Below, piece by piece: positions 53,302-64,000 of a DNA stretch of 64,000 nucleotides. The number at the start of each line of letters is the position of its first letter. Position 1 is the first letter of the stretch. Below the pieces are notes generated by a model that saw only the letters and a list, made by a program, of their open reading frames with translations, had not been told where the DNA came from and ran no database searches. The stretch is from contig OZ287700.1 of the NCBI GenBank assembly GCA_965649825.1, positions 1,178,001-1,242,000 on the forward strand, written 5' to 3'. The DNA comes from Penicillus capitatus. Its lineage: Eukaryota > Plantae > Chlorophyta. A program made the translations under genes and the position numbers.

Positions 53302-56300
53302 CATTCTCATTTCCTCTCATTGTTCGCTCACTGATCTTGTCCTGGTGTGTACAGGATGCAAGGCTATCTGCTTGATACCATGCCCACGACAGACTTGTAT
53401 GCTCTACGAGCCGAAATCAAAGATGCATCTCATCGATTGGAACGTGCTGCCTATTCCCGTCGAATCTCTTCGATACCTGCTCTCTCCTTTGACGAAATGG
53501 ACGCCGAATCGACGCAGGATATATTTGTATCGAAAGGACTCGATTCTACTGAAGTATAACTGACAGCCTTCGACATCTGGGGGGTTTTCTTTTTGCAGAG
53601 TTCCCGACTCATCGTCGTTCCAAGCACACTAATTTTCTGGAATGTGTGGCTGGCTCTTTGAAATGTGGCAGAGAAGAAGATGATTTTTGGTAAGAGGCGA
53701 GCAATCACGGCTCAATGTCAATAACGGTGCGTGTCACGAATTTTGTAACGAGCCCTACAGGATAGATAGGACGAAACACATAATTGACTTTGTTACCGTT
53801 TTGCTTTTGTTGTTGTGATTGGTCATTCCATTTATCATTCGACGTCCGTCTGTCTCTATCGGCATTCTTAGATCTCTCAACGCATTCCTCCTATCTCATG
53901 CATTCGATACTCTCTGTTGTATTCTCTCGCTTTGCACATCACGAAAATCCAATAAAAGAGCAAGCACAAAGCCTAACATTCTTTAGAGAATTGCTCAATG
54001 AGTGCTTAAAATGCACGTCCTAGTGGTTTGACAACCAAGGTGTTTGGCAGTACTACTACTGAAGAAAGATCTGGTGGGATAGTAGGTCTGTCTGTCTGTC
54101 TTTCGAGAATTGGGTTATGAATTGTTCGTGCGTTTTTCTACATCTAGCATCTCTATGAATCCTGTAAGCATTGTCGTTTTTGTGTCTACGCATTTGCCAT
54201 TATGGGGATGAAAGAGAGCCATAGGGAGAGAGATCATGACGCAGGAGTATCTCAGCAGCTTCTCAAGATAGTGGTGGCAACGACAATCTGTCATACTCTG
54301 CAGACGAATTAGCGGACCATGTTTACGGACAGTGTGCGTGTGTTATGTTCGTTACATATAGATTTCTTAAGACTTATGATGTTGATGCTTTGGGCCGGGG
54401 TTTTCCACTGACGTCGATGTTTTCATTCAAATGCAGTTGCCTCATACGCTTCGAAAGAAAACACTAGTCAGACTGCGTTGAGTGAGTCGTTTCTCAAGAC
54501 ATTTGATCCATTCCATGCCTAGGCATACATACTAAGATTCCTTCGAGTATGAGAAGATGGAGACCTTCCTCCGAGCATGAACCATTTAATTGAGCTTTTG
54601 CAACAGCTTTTCTTTCTATCGGATCGTTGCCTTGAATGAGGTACCCGTAGGACATGAGAATACTGACTGACGCGTTTTTATGACCTTGTGATTTATTCAC
54701 CAAGCAATTCTGGACGATCGACGACAACGACCCAGAATTCGAACAACTACACTACACTACCTACCCAACCCCTTTGGACTTTCCCTTTTCCCCAAGTTCC
54801 GTGTAGAACACGCGGACACAATGAACGCTTACTTGCTATTCATAAATTATAACCCTAACAAGTCTTGACGAACGTGAGAAGGAGCAGTCTTCCGATGTGT
54901 CATGACGGCTTTGACTGAGCACAAGGCAGAGCACCACGAAATGGCGACTATTAGAAGTGATGAGGACACTTAGAGCATCCAAAGAATGCTTGCTTCCATT
55001 CTGTGACGCTTCGTCCCCTGTGAAGTTGTTGATATGGCTGTGTCATCGAGCCACCAATCCATTCACTCAAGGGAAACAACCTGCTGCTATCTGGACTGAA
55101 ATTTGCATTCCGGCAAATTTTCTGTGTCAAGAACGCACTGTTTTGCACTTAAAATGAATCCATATCCTTTCCTTGTTTTTTCTTGATTGCCAGGCTTGAT
55201 GTCTCTTTCGTCTGCGACGTGTAATGAATGCTTTTACAAGTCCTGGGCTTAAACTGATTATGGGGGCTGTGTGCTGCTGTGTAGCTCAAACGTCTGGATT
55301 GAGGGTTTGTTTGGAGAGAATGGAGTTCCCGTCTTCTCTTTCGACCTTGCTATCTATTTTTCTAGCACTCTGCAATGCGCCGTCTAAGTGTCCTTGGAAG
55401 GAGGTCTAAAAACTGATTATTACTGTGCGTGTCCATAGCCAGATGTCTAATATGTTATGTTGCTGTAAACCTGCCCTTCTGATCCCATTCCTCAATTCCT
55501 CGCCTAGCCCTCCCTACCCCAGAAATGAAAATCACTTGTCGTTCTTTCATTTCGGCAGATGGGAAGCAATCAGCTTCTGGAATGCCGCCGCGTTCAGATA
55601 TCAAACGTTACAAGAATGCTTACATGCATATAGAAATGGCAGATCACCGCATCTATCACTCAACATCACAGCATTCATGCTTTTTGTTTATATCCATAAA
55701 CAATCAGGAGGCATTCCGATCATTGCCTTTCTTCTGTACCCGCAGCTCGTGTTTTCGTCAAACGTTTGATTCTGTTTCCGCAGCTTAATAACCATGGGAT
55801 TTGATTCGTTTACAGATAAAGTCTTGTGACAACGCATACGTGGTAGATCAGCTGACCGCTCACCTGGGAATTACCAGTCGTGTTTGTGGGCCCATTGCTA
55901 CCATTTAAGACTTTGAAGAATAACATCGGCATTAAGAATTCGCCACACATGCAGTGCTTCTGTTTCGCGTCGATGCATGCAGATCCAATGGATGATGGCT
56001 CGATTCTGCAATGGAGACAAACCGAGTTTGATGCACTGTTGTCCTCCAAAGATGCACCACCTCTGCATCATGAGACAACACCTGTATGTTCTCTCTGGAC
56101 AACGACGTCGAGCGCGAGACCACAAATAAAGAATCCTCTACGCTTTTCTGGAAGATGCTAATGTCCTCCATTGGATTCATTGAGAATAACTTCCATCAAA
56201 CACTGCCTGCCGTTCATTGACTGACGACTTGAGTTTCTGGCGAAATTCTCGGTGGCCATACATGATGTATACTTAGGAACGAACGGTCTGTCATTTAGTG

Positions 56301-56659
56301 AGATGCTCTGCAAGAAGCAAAGAGCACATGTGCTCTTTACTGACGATTCAAGAAACATGACTCCTTCTCCATCATTAGCATGGCAGAAACCATGATGATG
56401 TATCATCTATCACTCTTTCAGTGCATTTCAAAGATGGCAGCGACGGTGTCTGCCCCGAAGGCACGCGCTCTCTTATGGAACGGCATCTGTTTTGGTGGGC
56501 GAAGGTGGTGTTTCGTCTTTTCTTAGGCAACGGGGGACATCCACCGTGAACATTTCGGAGAGGCCCGTTATGTTCGACATCTTTTCGTAACGGATGCTTA
56601 GAAGAGAATAGTATCAATGCACAGGAGGAGTTTATCTCTGCAACAAATACACGATTCTT

Positions 56660-56875
56660 CTATTTCCTTCTTCCTGTTAGCTTTTCAATGCGTTCCTGTG
56701 TAAACCATTCCCCTTTCCCTTCCATCCGCCAGCGAATCGAGTTCCTTACCTGTCGTGCCTGCTCTTCTGCCTCTTTCTCTGCCGTGCGTTTCTGAACGCC
56801 GAGGAAGAATCGCACCCAGTACACGATCGGAGGCAGGGCGGCGATGAAACAAACAAGAGCAACAGAAAGATTCAT
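56660..56875 (-). CDS. Small single-pass membrane protein of about 53 aa (one intron)
   Basis: MNLSVALVCFIAALPPIVYWVRFFLGVQKRTAEKEAEEQARQ joined via a GTAAGG...ACAG intron to ERIEKLTGRRK*. No family recognised. Confidence 0.55.
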   Translation of the reverse strand: MNLSVALVCFIAALPPIVYWVRFFLGVQKRTAEKEAEEQARQVRNSIRWRMEGKGEWFTQERIEKLTGRRK

Positions 56876-57212
56876 CTGGCACACTGAATACTGTCTGGAT
56901 GTTAGGTAACCACAGGACGAGGCACCTGAGGTTCGAACGTCTGAACAGAAGAAATTTCAGCGACGTGTACAAAACGGAGTGCGCTCACAAATCCATCTAG
57001 GATCACTCAAGGTCAGAGTGCTCTGTGCGTCTGATACCTGAATGACCTTCAAGGGCTGCAGTAACGTGTGGCAGGTGCCGTTTGAGTGTCGCCTTTGGCG
57101 ATGTTTTCAGGTGAAGAGGAACAGGAAGCCTGACTCTCGTGTAAAGCTGACGTCCTCCAAATGCCGTCCCTTGACATGCGATCATCTCAACCGATTCCTT
57201 CAACTGGCAGCG

Positions 57213-58748
57213 ATGAACGTCACAGTGTCGAGCTGGACAGTGGCCCGATTGCGGAATCTCTCGAGTCCTCGTCAGATATCGTCGTTTCGCAGAGACAGGC
57301 GGAAGGATTTCAGCGGCGTCCTCAGCAGAGACACTCGGCGTCGCAGCCGGCAACGGGCTGGCATGGGATCTCGGCCGAAGGCAGTCGTGACAGAGTTCGA
57401 AACCGTGTCCCACGTAGCTGCAGCCACAGCAGGTTTTCTTGTGGCGCTCGTGTCGACACACGTCCTTCGTATGCGGAATGAAGCAAAAACTGAAGTGGAG
57501 GAACAGAATCGCGACCATGCATTGCAACAACGCATCGGAGAGTTGGAGACATCTTTGGCGAATATGCAGACAGAGTTGGACGCGGAGAGACAACGCGCAG
57601 TGATTCTGGAGAAGGCCAGAGCGGCCACTGTCACGGATGTCACCCATGCGCTCAGTCAGAAAAGGGATGCAGAGTTTGCATTGTCCGAGGCACAAGAAGA
57701 GATCACTCGACTGAAATCCAACACGATCCAACAAGTACCTAGCGATCTTACGAAAAGGAATTGTCAAGTAGTACGAGACCATCTCCTTGTGAAGGAAGGA
57801 GCCGAAGGAGAGGAGGGCACCACCATGGATCTTCTAGCGAAGATAATGAGCACTCCATTGACGGCCGAAGCGCGAGAGATGCTGAAAAATTGGATGGATG
57901 GCTCTGAAGCAGAAAAGCAGACGGATGATTCGGACGAACTGTCCGATGCAGATGTGGAGCCCGATGCATGTAAGGAAACGTGTTTATCGACTTCATCACT
58001 ATGCTCCTATCAGCAATGCAGGAATTGGAGATGGCGTTGGAGGAAGAAGAGAAACGAAGAAAAGATTTGGAGATTGAATTGAGGACCGTGACGGACTTTG
58101 CACAAACGGAACTTCAGTCCATGACTGCCAATCTTATCGAAGTGCGGAAGGCGAATGAGATATCTGTCATCATTGTGTGGAGCGCCAGGGGAGAGATAAA
58201 AGGAATGATCTTGAGGAGAAGATTTCAGAGCTCGAAAGCGAAATCATACGTCTGCGAGCTCAACTGTCCGACAGCCAGATGCGGATCGAAGAGCTGAATG
58301 TGCAAACCAGTCTCCCTTCTGCAGAGAGTGGCGGCCATTCCGTTGCCTCATCGGATAAGTAAGAGCCCACAAGGCTGGATGTGATGGACTAGCAGATTGT
58401 GTACATAGGTATGCGCATGCTATGCGTGCAAAAGCTGCTCAAATGGTGGAGACGATCGAAGATGAGGCCTATGCACAGGTCCAGAAGGTATTACAGAAAT
58501 CGCGGGCCACACAGCAGAGAGCGCTGAAAGAGCTCATCAGATCTGCAAAAGCAAAGGACAGAGAGAAAAAACTGAGAGCGACGCTTGAAGAAGCCGAAGA
58601 ACGCATTAGAGAACAGACAGTGCAAATGAACTATTTCAAGGAGCTCATTCAGATTCTCTCCTCTAGAGAAATGCAACAACTGGCAGAAGAGCAGACAATT
58701 CAGCAGAACTTTCCTCTCGAGGAGGAAGGAGATGGAGGAAATCTGTGA
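57213..58748 (+). CDS. Organelle-targeted coiled-coil protein with one hydrophobic segment (3 introns)
   Basis: Arg/Ser-rich N-terminus, hydrophobic VAAATAGFLVALVS, then long heptad-rich exons joined in frame by GT-AG introns. Confidence 0.7.
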
Positions 58749-58757
58749 CGACGACGG

Positions 58758-59715
58758 TCACTGGTTGAACAAAACATCACTTCTCAATATGTACTTGCAT
58801 CCGCTTTTTACCTGAGACAAAGAGCGGTGACGTATTGTATTAAAACGTCTTCTTACCTGGGCCCCTTCGTGCTCGCGGCATTGATCGCCGTGGATGTGTA
58901 GCAATGCCATTCCTGCCTCCGGGGAGATACTGGCGATCGTTCTGTTCTTTCGGCCTTCAGTATAGAACAGTATCCGAGGGCTATTCGTACACAATCTACC
59001 TTGCCATACCGTAGAACACTGTTTCGCCGCCAATAAGGGGCTGCTCCATCGATGATGTGTTGCGGTTCGAAGATGATGACGTTCGACCACCGGAAAGATA
59101 AATCAAGAGTGTGTATCGCGTTTTGGCCTCCCCAACGGTGATGCTTTCGTCGATGTGTCTTCCGAACCTCTGTCCTTTGGTGTACCTGCCTCTTAACTCA
59201 TACACTCTCACACGATGGGCGAAGAACAGATGCACCTGTAGAACCGGATGTGTGGATTTAGACCAATAGCACGACATCCTTCGAGATCGATCCCGTCAAA
59301 CAGAGCGCTCAATCCAGTACGATTCCAGAGTTGCTGGGCAAGCCGTTCATCATGGAACGAAATCCGATCGTTGTCTCGCAGTGCCTTTAAGGATAGAGAA
59401 GTAGAAATGCAGAAGATGACACACAACGGACTTCTTGGTGCGCTGCACCTCTGCTTCCTTGATGCTGAAATCCAAGAGATTCTGCAAACTCTATAAACTG
59501 ACGGCACTCCTTGAGACTCAAAACATCCCGTGCCTGTCAAATCACTCTTCTGAATCTTTGCATGAACAGTGAAGATGCCATACGATAAAGATTTCGGAGC
59601 TGAGAACAGTTTCTTGAGTTAGGGTTTTCCGAGAGAGGGTCGGAAGGGTGGACGTCTTTGGTTGGTCCGTCGAAGAGACCCGCGTATCCGACGTTCTCTT
59701 TTTCGCCTTACCCAT
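58758..59715 (-). CDS. 2OG-Fe(II) oxygenase, prolyl-4-hydroxylase-like (about 5 introns)
   Basis: RDNDRI, GLNPHIRFYRYTKGQRFGRHIDES (HxD), TLLIYLSG, GGETVFY, HEG (distal His) and KYILRSDV. Confidence 0.9.
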
Positions 59716-59787
59716 GCTCTCGAAACGATGTGACGTCCGGCACTCCAGTTTACGATAACGCGTAGAGTCGACAGATTTGGGCGACGC

Positions 59788-60807
59788 ATGTCGGCAAAAG
59801 ATAAGATCCAAGAGCACATTCGGGATGACCTCGTTCCCAAAACCCGCGATTTCATCAACGTACAGCACTCAGAACAGGCACGCACCAGCACCACGAATTT
59901 GTGCAGAACGCAAGCGCGCTACTCGATGCGCAAGTAAAGTTGGCGGACGTCTTCGTCGAGTGGAACCGACCAGACTTGGTACACGCTCACCACGCACTCA
60001 CTGTCCGTCCCAGATCACAAACGGGTGCACGTAGGCATCGCAGCTCAAAGCAGAAATTGAAGAAACACTACATCTGCGTCGCAATCTGCACTTGCATCTG
60101 CAAGCGATGGAGACAGTCGGCGAAGGATACCTATACGACCCTTCCACCACGACGGACTTTGAGCAGAAGATCTCGGAGCGCGTCTCTCAGCTTCAGAGCC
60201 GAAGGTACCCGCCTCCACCGCGACAGCATCGCATCACTGAGCGTCTTTGTTCGTGTGCAGATTCGATTACCAGGAGGCAGATGAGTACCAGACTTATCAG
60301 CAGTGCATTTCCAGGCACGCAGCTCAGGAAACAGATGCTGGGCCGTCCGAGCGCCATGAAGACGATGATGAGGTGCAGCTGGCACAGGAAGGTGATACGG
60401 GTGCGCCCAATACGAAATGTCCCGTCTGCGGAAAGCTCGTCTGTCACATCAGCAATCGGTTTCCAAAGAACATGGACTGTGTGCTGAGTAGTTGGAGGAT
60501 TTGGCACATCCTGTGATGGATAGTGTTGGATTCGTTTACGAACGGGCAGCGATTCACAAGTACATTGCCGATTTCTGGGCCGATCGCAATCCGGAGTTCA
60601 TGGAGCTCGAACTGGGCACCGTCAAGTGCCCTGTGGCAGGTGACTGCGCTGTCGTGCACGAGCATGGATGTGTAAAACGGCGCGTGTGTAGGGACCAATC
60701 ATATCGTAAAGGTGGACGAATTGACACCCTGTTTCGGCGTCGTTCGGAATCTCAAGCGCAAGAGACGTCAAGCCGGGCCTGTTACAAGAGAAGACGTCAT
60801 TGGCTGA
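59788..60807 (+). CDS. NSE2: NSE2/MMS21-like SUMO E3 ligase of the SMC5/6 complex (5 introns)
   Basis: Helical N-terminus; YLYDPSTTTDF; acidic EDDDEVQL linker; KCPVCGK..LAHPV..YERAAIHKYI..KCPVAG resembles the plant MMS21 SP-RING. Confidence 0.8.
60439..60451 (+). repeat. Intron-initial mirror motif GT-CTGTCACATCA (NSE2 intron 5' end)
   Basis: Exact reverse complement of TGATGTGACAG. A near-identical start occurs in the ALS intron at 7063-7074 (-), and GTCACATCA is itself the donor in Sfi1 (3013-3021). Confidence 0.85.
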
Positions 60808-60829
60808 ATCCCGTACGACCGATCGATTA

Positions 60830-62071
60830 ATGCACCGCACAGCTTTCTGCCTCATGCGACTCTGCGCCTTGCATGGTGGTGGACGCTATACGAGTCCTCT
60901 GACGTCGACACGTCTCTCTGCGCTACGCGTCGCGCGCTTCTCGTCATCGCCTCGACAACGCTGGCCGATCACCCACACGTCACACGCATCACGATTATCG
61001 ACCACCTCGGTACGTCACGTTATCGGTCTGTGTCCCACAGGCATCCGAGTGGTGGTTAAGGTGCGAATGGAAGCTCAGGCAGCGGAAAAGTTGCCGGCAA
61101 ATCTCAAGAAGATTGTTGGTGCCTTTCAGATGGTTGGCTCTTCTAGCCTTTCTGCTGTTTGGTCACTGAACATGCGTTTCTTGAGGTTCCGGATCCAATG
61201 GCGCGTTACAAACAGTTGCTGTTCTTTGCTTCGAAATTGGATCCTCTGCCTGTCGAAGATCAGACAGAAGAGAATCGCGTCCACGGTTGTGTTTCGCAAG
61301 TGAGATGCTCCGCCGTTGAGATAACGCAGATGACGTGCCTTTTCGAAGGTCTGGGTCACAGCGCAGTTGCTGCAGGGCGTCATGCATTTTAAGGCAGACT
61401 CGGATTCGCAGCTGACGAAGGTCTGTGTGAAAAGAGTTAGATGCTGAGCATCGATGATGTGACGTGTAGGGATTGGCAGCGCTACTGGTCCAAGGACTGA
61501 GCGGATGTTCGCCGCAAGAGATTCTGCAAGTGCAGCCAGATTTTATTGAAATGTTGGGACTGAAGCAGAGCTTGACCCCATCAAGAAACAACGGTTTCCT
61601 CAATATGTTCCGCATGATGCAGAGACGCACACTTGAACTCGCATCTCGCGATCTTCAAGATCCGACGGTCACACATGTCACACATCCCTCAACGACACCT
61701 TCGGCATTGCTGCTCCATAGGTATCTGATGGGACGGGTGATGGGACAGATGGCTCCGGAAGTGGCACATCTGATCCTACAGATACGAGGCCAGTGGAAGC
61801 AGCTATACGACGCAAGCTGACGGCGGAATTGGATCCAGAACAGCTGATCATCACCAACGAATCCGATAAACACGCAGGGCACATGGGAAACCCGAATGGC
61901 GATCCCGAAACGCATTTCCATCTGCGCATAATCTCTTCAAACTTTGACGGAATGAACGCCGTTCAGCGGCACCGACGCGTCTACCAAATCTTACAGGAGG
62001 AGTTGGCAGGACCCGTTCACGCCTGTGCCCTGGAAACAAAAACGCCAGAAGAAGTCAAGAGCACCGCCTAG
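60830..62071 (+). CDS. SUFE1: Plastid SUFE1 (SufE domain plus C-terminal BolA domain)
   Basis: [26 protein letters not shown] (catalytic Cys), [15 protein letters not shown] and [12 protein letters not shown]; BolA motifs SDKHAGH, ETHFHL, RHRRVY and VHACAL. Confidence 0.94.
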
Positions 62072-62372
62072 ATCGCATGCGATGCCACCGTTTATGTACG
62101 CCATCGACCCGTGCGGCATTCTATGATGTTTACACATTGGACCAAGAGTGAAATCTTGTTCTCTTCGCAAACACATATGTATCAGGCGATGTACAGACAG
62201 CATCCTTTTTCTCATGCGTTTCTCAGCTTTGTCACCAAGGCACCAAACACAGCTGCATTCATCTGGGGTCGCAAAGTACAGGAACAGAGCATCTGTTTGT
62301 GTGGTCATTGCCACCGTGGAATCTCTCCTTGTGTCAAAACAGGTCGCGCCCCAGGCCAAAACTGTCAAATCA

Positions 62373-63373
62373 TCATTTCAACGAACGCTTGATGATCATA
62401 ACGACGATCAACAAAATGGATCCGGCCAGAACAATAGGGGCTGCTCGACCACCCGGCCCCATGTTGACGAAAAGACGCCCGCCCAATGGCAACAGGCCCA
62501 CGAGGGCATCGTCCAGTGCACCACTAGCGTCGGAGACAATCCGTGATGTCTTCTTCACTAGGTTCCATAACCAGGTCAGGGCTGTCCTCACCATACGTCC
62601 GATAGCCGTCGCCACCTTCCGCAAACCTCTCAGGAGCTCGCCAAAAAAGCGGCCAATGTCATCGAGCATTGTCTCCAGAGGACTGGAACGACGACGTCCA
62701 CGGCGAGCCTGACACCCCACAAGCACACTTTTCAAAAGCCACGTCCGTTCTGACTTACCGCTGCTTCATCGTATGGAATGAGAGACGCAGTCCAGTCGTT
62801 AACCAACTCAATGCGTGTCTAAGACACAAGCTGTCACATCAGTCACCCATCAAAAGGAATGACATTAGAGAGCTCTTCGATCATGCTACGGAGTTCTGGA
62901 TCATCTTGAATCGCCGCCAATGCTGCCGATTGCACACCAGAGTGATTCACCTAAACAGCGCACAGCAGTTCTATCTCCTGTACAGGCCACGCTTCAGATG
63001 CGTTACCATTCGTTCACTGGCGCGCATGATGCGTGAGAAGTACGTGCTGGATCGCGTATGAGAGTTGGCAGCATCGATCACGCTGTCCGCCTGGGCTCCT
63101 CCACTTCCCTTGTTCTCATCACTGTCAACGCCAATCACTCGACAGGTATGTAAGAAAATTTTCGTACTCCGAACAAAGCCCGACGATTTCTTCAACGGCT
63201 TCGTTGACCTCTGCCCTTCCGAAGTGAACTTCGTTATCATTCAACGAAACTTCCAGCCATGCGTCCTCCTCGAGCTGCTCATACTTAAGACCCGGTTTCG
63301 TGGGAGTGCGTGTACCGTACTTGAGGTCGCTCGCTCGTGGCGGAGTTCGTGGCTTGTGTCTACGACGACGCAT
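62373..63373 (-). CDS. Hypothetical protein with amphipathic helix and C-terminal transmembrane tail (4 introns)
   Basis: Four GT-AG introns join in frame: MRRRRHK...EEIVGLCSDDENK...SAALAAIQDDPELRSMIEELSNTRIELVNDW...LDDIGRFFGELLRGLRKV...APIVLAGSILLIVVMIIKRSLK*. Confidence 0.7.
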
Positions 63374-64000
63374 ACATGTCTATCTGTTTTTTGTTCGATG
63401 CGTGTCTCACTCGAATGACTGGACGTACTGGACGGGCGTCCGCATGGGAAACGCGTCCCAACTGACTCGACGCCGCACCGGCCGCCGCACCTGTTCCGAG
63501 TCTCAATGCCACTGAACGCAACATGATTTACAAATGCTAAGGGCGACAGACACGTACATCGTCGTCGCTATCAGCTGATACGACGCGGCGTCATATAACG
63601 TGATGCGACGTCTCGGTGTATAGAATATCCATAGCGATGTGACAATCATATGCATGTGACGATGGTGTTTGCTCGTGAAACATCCATCGTACGTCACATC
63701 ACACTCTCCTGAACACCGTGGCTGGCAAACGTCACATCACTACATACTCTCATACGCCTCATCTTTGTTGTAGTTCTTTGCATAGACTGGAGGATCGATC
63801 GGTGGCGCACTGGGTGCAGGCTGTGCCAGATAGAGCGTCGTTGGATCATTCGGATCAACCAATCTACACAGAGGGAGAGCCTTGCTGTTGCATCTCCGTG
63901 AGATCCCGAGGCCTACGCTGTAGCGACGAGTTTTGAAGGTGGTTGGTTATGTGCATGAGATCTTTGGCTTTGCGATGTCGCTCCCGCTTGTGCCGTTCTT

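Noticed and set aside
57003-57782. 259-aa minus-strand ORF
   Set aside because: Antisense shadow of the + strand coiled-coil gene, with no motifs. The same applies to 14035-14667, 17520-18467, 30259-30909 and 38278-38844.
60830-62071. SufE-BolA fusion as a novelty
   Set aside because: This is the established architecture of plant and algal SUFE1.

Overview
Eukaryotic nuclear DNA from a compact green-algal (core chlorophyte) genome. This assignment is inferred from plastid-targeted ALS, PFK and SUFE1, an eEFSec gene, chlorophyte-type TGTAA poly(A) signals and use of the standard genetic code. A Caulerpa/Bryopsidales-like host is only a guess. I reconstructed about 31 spliced protein-coding genes by hand. 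They are densely packed and interrupted by roughly 130-150 tiny introns (mostly 40-65 nt); a gene-poor, AT-richer gap lies at about 52.0-56.6 kb. I saw no rRNA, tRNA, CRISPR array or intact transposon. Most notable observations: (1) a 9-11 nt motif, TGATGTGAC(AG)/(CT)GTCACATCA, seen at least 24 times and concentrated in introns, often forming mirror-image intron ends (Introner/TIR-like); (2) co-directional genes only 7-22 nt apart (candidate polycistronic units), with poly(A) signals embedded in stop codons; (3) at least five frame-required GC-AG introns with non-consensus donors; (4) an RPB2 lacking three of four clamp zinc cysteines and carrying a 145-aa N-terminal extension; (5) a motor-dead kinesin, an NSE2 with a degenerate SP-RING, and a ProA with a possibly splice-switchable membrane tail. 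All gene models and counts are manual and need RNA-seq confirmation.
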